Shown one piece after another: positions 9,897 through 19,900 of a stretch of 64,000 bases of DNA (within the stretch, counting starts at the first letter, position 1; each line of letters opens with the position of its first letter). The notes beneath the pieces were generated by a model, which was not told the DNA's origin, ran no database searches, and saw nothing but the letters and a program-made list of their open reading frames with translations. Source of the stretch: an uncultured Planctomycetaceae bacterium (lineage in GTDB: Bacteria > Planctomycetota > Planctomycetia > Planctomycetales > Planctomycetaceae); assembly GCA_963976765.1 (NCBI GenBank), contig CAXBME010000001.1, positions 248,001-312,000 of the forward strand, given 5' to 3'. The position numbers were made by a program, and so were the translations under genes.

Positions 9897-11153
9897 ATGA
9901 ATGGTTGCAAAGATTACCACGTTACCCGTCGAGCGATGATGGGGGCTTCGGCCGCGACGCTGATGGGCTTTTCGATTCGCGATCTGCTGGCAGCCAAAGG
10001 GAGGGATCACACTCCGACGGCAGAAAACGTCATCCTGTTCTGGAACGGTGGCGGAATGACTCATTTGGATACGTGGGATCCAAAACCGGGACGTCCAACT
10101 CAAGGTGAGTTTGAGCCGATCTCGACTTCGGCTGACGGCGTACAGATCAGCGAGATCTTCCCCGAGTTCGCTAAGCAAATGCACAACGTCGCTTTGATTC
10201 GATCTATTGCCGGCACGCAGGGAGCGCATGGCCGAGCGACCTACCAGCTTCAGACCAGCTACAACGAGACTCCAAACGTCATTCACCCTGGATTCGGGTC
10301 AGTGGTTGTTCACGAGAAGGAAACAATTGGCGACCTGCCGGCTTACGTTTCGATCAGCGGTCAGGCACCGCGGTCTTCGTATCTCGGACAATCCTGCTCG
10401 GCCTATTTCGTCGGCAGCCCTGGCGACAAAGACCCGTACCTCGCATTTCCGGAAGGCATCACTCAGACCCGAGGCAACAAACGTCTGGAAACGCTGGCGA
10501 AGTTCAACGGTCGATTCAGCGGCAAGACAACCAGTCGTGAGCTGGATGCGACAAAAACGTCGGTTAACGACGCCGTTCGTCTGATGCGAAGTCCGGCGCT
10601 TAAGGCGTTTGAGCTGGATCACATTCCTCTCAGTCAGTTCGAACGGTATGGCGATACGCCCTTCGGTCGAGGCTGCATGGTGGCCAAACAGCTCGTCGAA
10701 ACCGGCGTTCGATTTGTGCAGGTCAACCGCGGCGGCTTTGACACCCACCGCGACAACTTCGAAGCAATGCGGAATCATGGCGAAGTCATGGACCCGGCTC
10801 TGGCATCGCTGATGCAGGATCTTGACGAGTCGGGTCAGCTCAAAAAGACGCTGGTTGTCATGCTCAGTGAATTCGGTCGAACGCCAAAGATCAACAAAGA
10901 CGGTGGACGTGATCACTACCCTGGCGTCTTCAGTTGCTTCATGGCCGGTGGCGGAATCAAGGGTGGTCAGGTCATCGGATCGTCGGATGAAGATGGATAC
11001 AAGCCGAAAGATCGACCAGTCCAGGTTCCGGACCTGCACGCAACGCTGTGTCATGCGTTGGGAATTAATCCGGAGAAGGAAGTGATGACTCCGCTGCAGC
11101 GGCCAATGAAACTGGTCGATGGCGGCAAGCCGGTTATGGAACTCTTCGGCTAA
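9897..11153 (+). CDS. DUF1501 family protein with twin-arginine-like N-terminus
   Basis: TRRAMMG, GGMTHLDTWDPKP, GFDTH and SEFGRTPKINKDGGRDHY motifs; follows the DUF1549 gene. Confidence 0.92.
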   Translation: MNGCKDYHVTRRAMMGASAATLMGFSIRDLLAAKGRDHTPTAENVILFWNGGGMTHLDTWDPKPGRPTQGEFEPISTSADGVQISEIFPEFAKQMHNVALIRSIAGTQGAHGRATYQLQTSYNETPNVIHPGFGSVVVHEKETIGDLPAYVSISGQAPRSSYLGQSCSAYFVGSPGDKDPYLAFPEGITQTRGNKRLETLAKFNGRFSGKTTSRELDATKTSVNDAVRLMRSPALKAFELDHIPLSQFERYGDTPFGRGCMVAKQLVETGVRFVQVNRGGFDTHRDNFEAMRNHGEVMDPALASLMQDLDESGQLKKTLVVMLSEFGRTPKINKDGGRDHYPGVFSCFMAGGGIKGGQVIGSSDEDGYKPKDRPVQVPDLHATLCHALGINPEKEVMTPLQRPMKLVDGGKPVMELFG

Positions 11154-11176
11154 CTCAATTCCTCGGTTGAATTCAG

Positions 11177-11209
11177 AGCCCGGTCTCCGCTGGAGCCCGG
11201 GCTTCTTTT
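11177..11209 (+). terminator. Intrinsic terminator after DUF1501
   Basis: Hairpin agcccgg-t-ctcc/gct/ggag-c-ccgggct followed by tctttt. Confidence 0.7.
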
Positions 11210-11276
11210 ACGAAACAGTTTGCGATTTTCCGTTATTTCAGAATCCTGGCAGCTATCGCCGAACCATTATTTTCTT

Positions 11277-11344
11277 GCCACAGAAGCATGGAGGCACAGA
11301 ACTTTCAAGCGGAATGCTTCCACGTGCTTCCGTGCCTGTGTGGT
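11277..11344. repeat. Degenerate inverted doublet (ccacagaggcac-type periodic repeat)
   Basis: gccacagaagcatggaggcacaga is inverse to cacgtgcttccgtgcctgtgtggt. Confidence 0.5.
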
Positions 11345-11530
11345 TAGTTTTATGAGCTCATCGAAGTTGAGTATGCCCGCGCTTTGCTGGTTATCCTCCT
11401 GGATATTCATGACGGCGTAACGGTCGGCGTTCGTGTAAATTGACGAAGCTGACTGCCGGTCGTACCGTGGACGTTTCCCCGCGATTCTCCTTCCTGACTT
11501 TCCTGCCTCTATTCGGTCTGGTTTTGATTT

Positions 11531-13879
11531 ATGAGTCGGATCAAGTTCTTCGCCCGTGGTTTATGTGTCACTCTGCTACTGGTCAGTTTTCAGCCGGTGA
11601 TCGCTCAGGGCCCGCTTCGTGGCTCTATCATCGAAGACCGTGCTGCCCGGAAACTTGTTGAAGCCGGTGATGCCAGGCTCGAAGCAGACGAAGCCAGCAA
11701 GGCTGTTGAAATCTGGCAATCGGTCATCGAGCGTTATCCGACCAGTCGCGTTCGATTCGAAGCTCATATCCGGCTCGGCAATCACTACCTCGAAAGAGAA
11801 CGCGCTTATGACAAAGCTCGCGTCCAGTTTGAGGAAGTCGCTTCTGAAGAAAACCGCGATCAGGATCAGCGTGCGGAAGCGACGTTGAAGATGGGCATGT
11901 GCTTTTACGAAGCTCGCAACTTTGGCAAGTGCTTTTCAGTGATGCGGGATGTGATCGAGCACTTTCCTGTCAGCAGGCAGGTCAATCAGGCTTACTACTA
12001 CATCGGGCTCGGACACTTTCAACTCGGACACTACAGCCGAGCGATCGACGCACTTGAGAAAGTTGGCACGTCGATGGGCGAAAACGACAGCCAGCTTGAG
12101 AAGGTCGAAGCGGGTAAGCGGCTGTTCGTCAAAATTGAGGATGCGGACCTCGCTGCTCTGGAGTCGGGCGAACCGGTCATTGTTCAGTGTGAAGCCAGCA
12201 GTGGAGACGTTGAGCGGGTCAAGTGTTTTCCTGTGGGACGCAACGTTCGCATTGTTCTGGGCAGTGTCGTCACGGCCCTGGGCGTTCCTCAGAAAAACAA
12301 TGGCCGTCTGGAAGTAAAGGGCGACGACACCGTCAAGGTCATTTACGTCGATGAACACACCGCTGATAAGCAGTTCAATCGCCAGGTCATTCATGAGGCA
12401 AAAGTTGTCGGCGACGGAGTTGTTTCCATTACCGACGGTGCCTTCGCCGAAACGTTACAGGGAGTCGTGCTGGGCAAGGCTGTCAACATTCAAACGAACG
12501 ATCCCGATCGTGATCTGACCGACGGTTCTGATCAGATTGAAGTGACTGTCGAAGTTCATCGCGCAAAAACCGAAGACGAGATGGAGCAGGAAGCGGTGGC
12601 TTTGCTCGCGGCGGACTCCGACGTTGAACTCGACGAAAACGGACAACCAAAAATCGCTCGCTACCGGAAGGTCGACGAAGTCTCCGTCACGTTATCCGAA
12701 GTCGTGGTTAAGACCATTCGCCCTGTTGACGACGTTGCCCCGGCTGGGGATGGCGACGCGTCTGAAATCGTCGGCGCGTCTGAAAATGGCAATGTCGCCG
12801 CTCAGACGGCCGGTGGTGAGAACGGGGGCAGCGGCGATGTTCAGCCGACGGACGACGCGATTCACTCAGGGGTCTTTCGCTCGTCAGTTCCTCTGGTTCG
12901 AGCGGAAGAAGTGGTTGCAGGCGACGCGATTCTTCAAGCGATGCCCGGCGACCTGCTTCGAGTGAACTATCGTGACGAGAAGAACACCAGCGAAGATCTG
13001 ATTCTTGTTAAGGGCGAAGCTCGCTGTATTGAGGGAAATCTGGGCGGTGTTCGCGTCACCAGAACGGAGATTTCTGATCGTGAACTTCGCGTCAGAACAC
13101 GGCTCAAGACCGCTCACGCACTGACAAACATTGCGACCCGTTACAAAGAGTTTGGCCTGAAGCGAAACGCCGATGCCAAGTACGAATCGGCACTTGTCCT
13201 TTGCGAAGAGATCATGACCGAAGCCCGGCAACTGGGCGGCCGGTTACTGGAAGAAACCTACGTCCAACTGTGGAAAATCTACTTCGAAATGGATCGGCTG
13301 GAACTTGCCGCGGCAATGGCTCAGCGGTTGCAACGCGAGTTTCCCAACAGCGGATTTGTCGACGACGCGCTGCTGCAGCTGGCAGACGTTGCGGTATCGC
13401 AGGGAAATCTGAACCGGGCGATTGGTCTCTACAATCGCCTGGTGAATATGCAGACGAGCCAGCTCCGCGGTGAAGCCCAGTTTGGCGTGGCCGAGTGTTA
13501 TGAAAAGATGGCGGAAGCCTCGACGGATGCGCGGGCTCAGCAGCTTTACGATCGATCTTTTCAAGAGTTCAAAAAGGTCTTCGACCAGTTTCCGGACAGC
13601 GGTCGAGTCGGAGAGGCAGTTGCCAGAATGGCAAATTATTATTATCGGCAGAAGGACTACGCTCGGGCGATTGACACGTTTGAAACGGTTCTGGCCAACC
13701 ATCCCGACGCCAAATTTCTTGACGTGATTCTGTTCAACTATGGCCGCTGCCTTTATCGCATGGATCGTCGAGCTGACGCCAGACGCCGCTTCGACCAGCT
13801 GATCGGCGACTATCCGGAGAGTGCTCTGGCCGAGGACGCTCGCAAGATTTCAGAGGCTCTTGCTCGTGCGGGCTCTTGA
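11531..13879 (+). CDS. Secreted TPR protein with two internal beta-sandwich modules
   Basis: Signal peptide; BamD/YbgF-like TPRs at both ends (AYYYIGLGHFQLGHY, AQFGVAECYE, ILFNYGRCLY); central modules with DPDRDLTD...HSGVF...GDLLRVNYRDE. Confidence 0.85.
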   Translation: MSRIKFFARGLCVTLLLVSFQPVIAQGPLRGSIIEDRAARKLVEAGDARLEADEASKAVEIWQSVIERYPTSRVRFEAHIRLGNHYLERERAYDKARVQFEEVASEENRDQDQRAEATLKMGMCFYEARNFGKCFSVMRDVIEHFPVSRQVNQAYYYIGLGHFQLGHYSRAIDALEKVGTSMGENDSQLEKVEAGKRLFVKIEDADLAALESGEPVIVQCEASSGDVERVKCFPVGRNVRIVLGSVVTALGVPQKNNGRLEVKGDDTVKVIYVDEHTADKQFNRQVIHEAKVVGDGVVSITDGAFAETLQGVVLGKAVNIQTNDPDRDLTDGSDQIEVTVEVHRAKTEDEMEQEAVALLAADSDVELDENGQPKIARYRKVDEVSVTLSEVVVKTIRPVDDVAPAGDGDASEIVGASENGNVAAQTAGGENGGSGDVQPTDDAIHSGVFRSSVPLVRAEEVVAGDAILQAMPGDLLRVNYRDEKNTSEDLILVKGEARCIEGNLGGVRVTRTEISDRELRVRTRLKTAHALTNIATRYKEFGLKRNADAKYESALVLCEEIMTEARQLGGRLLEETYVQLWKIYFEMDRLELAAAMAQRLQREFPNSGFVDDALLQLADVAVSQGNLNRAIGLYNRLVNMQTSQLRGEAQFGVAECYEKMAEASTDARAQQLYDRSFQEFKKVFDQFPDSGRVGEAVARMANYYYRQKDYARAIDTFETVLANHPDAKFLDVILFNYGRCLYRMDRRADARRRFDQLIGDYPESALAEDARKISEALARAGS

Positions 13880-13948
13880 CGCCGCGTCTCTTCGCTCCGC
13901 AGTTACCTGCTCACCCCACACGTTCGAGTTGAATTCAGGACGATCGTC

Positions 13949-16900
13949 ATGAAACTCTCACTGTTTGCTGCCTCGCTCGGTTTCTTTTTCGCCCTATCGG
14001 GGGCAGCGTTTGCTCAGAAGGCAGAACCGATTGACGATGTCAGTGTCGAGGCCAGCCGCCTGGAAGGCGAAGTTGGCAAGTACCGTGACATCTCGCCGGA
14101 AGCTGGTGAAGCTCTGCATAAGTTGACCTCGCTCTATTACCAGCACGGGCGAGTGTTTGGTCTGGTGCGAGCAGCCCACCGGTTTGTTGCGGCTCATTCG
14201 ACGGACCCTCGGCATCCCGACGTCATGCTCAAGTTGATGGACGGTCTGGAAGCGCTGTCCCGTTACCAGGAATTTACCGTCATTGCCCGACAGTTTCTGA
14301 CACGGTATCCGTCACGCCCTGAGTGTGCGAACGTCGAAGAACGGTTGGCATACTCATTGGAGAAGCTCGACGAAAAGCTGCCGGCGGCCCAGGCGTATCG
14401 GCTGCGCTGGCAGCGCGAGATGAAGCCGACGGGTCGCGAATTCGGTGTCAAAGCCTGTCTTCTGTTTTCCCAGACTGGAACTCCAGGCATCACTCAGGAA
14501 GCAGAACTTGCTGAGGAAATGTTCGACAAATTGCCGAAAGACGAATTCGCTCGACACATCGGCCAGCGATCTTACGACCAGTGGCGACGGATCAGGGAAT
14601 GGGCGAAGGCAAACGTCGTTGGTAACAAGCTGCTGAAGTCGGGACTGTTGAAAGACGATGAAGAACGCCGTGAAGTTCTGCGGACGATGGCGGAGAACTA
14701 CCGCTATCTTGGGCAGCACTCCAACGCCATTGATGTTCTCGCGCAGGCCCGAACGATTCGCGACGATCAGCACGCTTTGTACTACCACATTCAGGCCATG
14801 TACGACTCCGCAGCGCCTGCGGCTCAAATGGAACCGCTCGTCAAGGAGTATCTCAATGAGTACCCGGATCGCGAAGATCGTTACGAACGGATCGCGCTGC
14901 TCGGTCTGGCCTGGAATCGCGAAAAGAATTCCGAGAAGGCGTTAAAACTCTTCAAAGGTCTGTTGGCGGTTTCGCCGGCAACGCATTCCGGGGCGTCCCA
15001 CTTCGTTCAGCTTAATGGTTCCGAACCGGATAATTTGAAAGAGTCAGAAGCGGCTCTGAGGTCTGCCATCGCCGCCTGCGAAAAAAACAGCCCGCAGCAG
15101 GTCTGGCGGCTTCGTTACGACCTCGGGTTTACGCTTTATCGAGATCGCATGAAGGATGTTCCGAAAGCAAAAGCCATCCTGCGCGAGATGCTGGCGAAGT
15201 CGCCGACGAACGACGGTCACACAACGAATGTGATCACCTGGTTGTTTACCACGGTTGAGTCCGAAGACGAGTTTCATTCCGATGTCGATCTGGTCCTGAA
15301 AACGCGACGCGATTATCCACTCTGGTCGAATCTGCGAAGCTACCCCGACGCGTGGATTAAGAGCTATCGGAAACACAAAATGCTGGCAGATCGAGCCAGT
15401 TATCTGGCAGCAAAGCTGGACCAGGCGGACGCTGATCCCGTCATGCAACTGGTGTCAAGTATTCGAAACAGAGCTTCCGATGCCCGCGAAGCACGTATTC
15501 GCGAACAGCTTGCGAAGCCTGAGTTCTTCAACTCGTTCAATGAAGAAACAAAACGCTCGGTGCTGTACGACCTCGGCTACTACTACCAGCATTATGCTCC
15601 GGGCACCGAACGTTCGACGGCGGCGAATTACTGGGCTCGTTTGTCGCAAATGTTTCCGGACGAGTTTGATTTCCGGTTCCGCTATCTACAGGTGGCTACA
15701 GATTACGGGCAGCCGGAAGTTGCCAAAGAAGCGGCGAAGCTGATGCTGTCGTTTGAGCCTGACCGCAGTTACCCGGATGTCTGGCGGCGAATCGCGATCG
15801 CGGCTGACAAGAATGAAGACGCTGATCTGGCACGCAAAGCTGTTGAGTATGCGAAGAAAACGCACGCAAAGTTTCTACCAGACTATCAATACTGGACGAC
15901 GTTGGGGGACTCGCTACAGCGGCGAGCACTCGAAGACGAGGCGGTTGCCGTCTGGCGAACTGTCGTCGATGCCGGAGCCAGCCATTACGAAGCTCGCGAG
16001 TCTGCTTCACGACTTCTTCAGCGGATGGAAACTCCCGAAGAAAAAAGCGTTCTGGCGAAGAAGCTTTTCTCGCTGGATACGGACTACCACGGTCGATACG
16101 CCGGCTGGCTGGCGGACGCTCAACTTCGATCCGGTGATCTGGCGGGTTTTGCGAAAACGCTTCAGGAAACACACGCGCGTCGGCTGAATCGTCCGTTCCG
16201 AAACTGGGACATGGACATCTACAGCCTGCACTACATGCTCAACAACTTCAGAACTCATCAACAGGATTATCGTCTGAATAAAGATGAAGAGAATCCTCTG
16301 GATGCAATTCTGAAAGTCGCTACGGTCATTCGAGACGTTGATTACGACTGGCCGTCCTCGCAGGGGCAGCTGGTTCTGCTGGAAGCCGAATCGCCAGACG
16401 CACGGGCACCAATGGATCGGCATCTGGCGTGGCAGCGAGTGACTCGCACGGTGCATCCAGACTCGACCCGCTGGGACCATCTGATGCCATTTGCTCAGCA
16501 GGCCGTGCTGCGTAACGACTATGCCGTCGGAGCGACGTTGCTGACCGGGATGCTCGAAAACATCACCAGGGCGACGGACTCGCGAAAAGAAGCGGGGCGA
16601 GCCATGGTCGGGCAATGTTACACCCGGCTGGGGACGGTCGGATTAACGATCGACGAGAACTCGCCGATCGCGCCGCTGTTGCAGGCTGCGTTGTACTTGC
16701 GACTCGGCGATGAGCGGTTGGCAATGGAGACGTATCTCGCGAATTCGGCGCTGTTCGACAAGCACCGCGACGAAGTGCCGGTTGATCTGACAACCTTTGT
16801 CTGTGACAGCCTGATGACGGCCAGCGGCGATGAGAATCACAACAAAGTTGAAGACATTGTCCGCAGCTGGATTATCAAGAACAGCGAATCCAAAACCGTT

Positions 16901-19900
16901 GAAGAAGACCTCAAAGCGCAGATGCAGTTTCTCCTGGCGAAGAACTATTTCGGCAGCAAACGGTACGACGTCGCCCGCAGCGAGTATCAGACGGTCATCA
17001 ATAGGTACTCCAATACTTCGTTCGCCGTCGAGGCAGAGTTCGGCATCGGCGAAACGTTTATGGCGCAGAAAGTTTACGACCAGGCAGAGAAGGTCTTTGA
17101 GAAGCTGGCTGGTAGTCAGGACGCCGAGATTATTGTGCGTGCCGAGTTTCTGCGGGGTATGCTCGCGCACCGCCGTGGCGACAACGACGAAGCTCGCGAC
17201 ATCTTCCGAACAGTGCTCGAACGAGTGCCAAATATCGAACTTGCCAACAAAGCGCTGTTCAATCTGTCGGAAGTCTACGGCGACGAAGAGCGTTACATGG
17301 ATCAGCTTCAGTTGCTGATGACGGTCGGGCGGCTTGGTCGAGTCAGCAAGCGGCTGCATGCTCCCGGTATGCCGTTGTCGATCGTCGTCCAGGACAGCGA
17401 TCTGGGGATCAGTCGTGGGCACAACCGAATTCCAGTGATCGTCAGAACAATTCCCGGTGGCGACGAAGAACTGGTTTATCTGACCAGCGGCGGCGCCGGC
17501 AAAGGATTGTTCCGGGCCGACATCGATACCGAACTTGGTCCTGTCAACAAGGGTGACAAAGTTCTGCAGCTAACGGGTAACGATGTGATTCGGTCGGACT
17601 ATCCGGACGAATTCAAGTCGGAATTCAAAAGCGTTCCGCTGTCGGATGTGGAGATTCAGATTGCCTCGGATGCCCGGTTCGAAGTCGCATCGAGCAAAAT
17701 TATCGACGAAGCCGAGGAGTCGTTCAGCGATCGTCTGGAGCGCGAAGCCCGGGAACGAGAACTCGGCGAAACCCGACAGTCGCAGCAGCGTCCGGCGAAT
17801 CAGATTAAACCTGGAAATCCAATCTATCTTCGAGTCAAAGATGGAGACCGGGATCTTTCGGACGTGCAGGATACTGTCGTCGCCAAACTGGTTGCAGATT
17901 CCGGCGACCAGGTTCAGGTGACGTTGACGGAAACGGAACCGCACTCCGGCATTTTTGAAGGGGCGGCGAAAACGGGCGAACTGCCTGCGGGAGCGCTCGC
18001 TTCGGACACGGCCATCGACCACAGCCCGCTGATGGCCATTGACAAATCGCAGGAAACGTTCTGGCTGAGTGAGCCAGATGGTGCGACTCCGAAGCTGCTG
18101 ACAGTCGACATGAAGAATCTGCAGACTGTGTCCAGGGTCAGAATTCACACTCCAAGTGCCGACGAAAACAAACCGGTGCGAGGGGAACTTCAGGCCAGCT
18201 ACGATGGGGAATTCTGGTACCGAGTGGCGGCTCACCCATCGATTCCCGCAGCTCCGCGAATTGGTGATGCAGAGTATGGGCCGATGCAGTATCGCGTTTA
18301 CCACGAGAACGGCACCAGGTTTACTTCCTGGCAACAGATTTTAAATCTTGCACAGGGCGAGCCACAGTCGCAGGGCGCCGTCACCGATGGGCAATTGATC
18401 TGGCAACGTCCCGATGACGAAGAGGGACGCTCAAAATACTACAGTGTTGTCTGGTTCGGGAAATTCGTGCAGCCGCGCGCGGGGGCCGTTCGATTTGCTG
18501 TTCGAGGTTACCGCACCGCAATTGCTGTCAATGGTCGTCTGGAGATGGAGCCTGGGGAAGGCAACCGAACAGCCGACGTCTGGCTCGACGCAGGGGTGCA
18601 TGATCTGACAATCTTCGCTGCATCGTTCAGTAACACGACTGAAATGTCAGCCGTTCGGGTGCGAGCGGACCTTAACCGACAGCGGGTTGTGCTCAGTCCG
18701 TTCCTGACGGGTGACTTTGATCTTTCCGGGGCGAATGAGTCGCTGACGAATACTGCAGCTGATGCTGCTGGCGAGAAGGAGATAACTTCGAAGGATCAGG
18801 AATCGGAAGTAGTCCTTTCTGACAAGGTCTGGGAGTTTCGTTTCGCTCCGATCAACGTTCGATTCACCCGCTTTGTCATCAACGAATACCTCGGCGAAGC
18901 TGTCGCGGTGAACCATGTCGAAATTTCCGGCAGCGACGATTCGAAACCTTACATTCCGACTGAAACGGACGTGCTTGCTCTTTCCGACAATGACCAACTG
19001 GAAATTGCTGGTGGAGACGTCGTCAAAGCAACATACACCGACGAAGTGACTCAGGCGAATTCTGGCGGCAGTCGGTTAATTGCCGGGCAGCTTCAGGCAA
19101 CTTACTTTAACGGAACCGTTGCTCCGATCGCCTACGACTTTGTCCGAGATCGAAACGGGGCGGTTACAGAAGTCAGTAAGCAACTCAAGCGTGTTGACCC
19201 CGGCGATCGGTTGATTGTGGAAATTACCGACTACGACCGGGACCAGAGCGTGACGCGCGACAAGTTGCAGTTTGAGGTTTCTGTCAATGATGGAGAGCCC
19301 GTCACGTTGACCGCCACGGAAACTGAAGAAAACTCGGGAGTATTTACGAAAGAAGTTGACACCGCCGCGAGAGCAGAGGGGGATCGGTTAGTCGTGGCCA
19401 CTGGTGACCGGATCAACATCCGATACCTCGATGAACAGAATACGTTTCCGGGGCATTCAGTCCCTCGCGAGTCTGTTGTTTATGTCAGCCATCCAACGGA
19501 GTCCCGTGTTCGCATTCTCGAGTCTCGAGTGATTCCCGCTCCACAAGGTTCGGCAAGGCCGCCTCGGTATGTTTATCAGGTGCCAGATGGCGAATCTGAA
19601 GTGACGAATGTGGCATTCGAGGCGCCGCTGACGATCGAAGTCATTGATCCCGATGCCGCACGCGATAGTCGTAGCGAAGTCATTGCCAACGTCACAACAA
19701 GCGATGGGGCAACGGTTGATGTGCGGTGCGTTGTTTCTTCGGCCTTCCTGAATATCCCACGTGAAGAGGCTGAGGAGTACGCCCTGGAGGAAGGTCGATT
19801 TATTGGGCAGATCGCTTTGCAGCTTGGATCGAAGAGCAGTCCCGTGGTCGTTCCCGTAACCGCAGAGATGCCTCGAGGTTTGATCGGCGGAGGCAAAATC

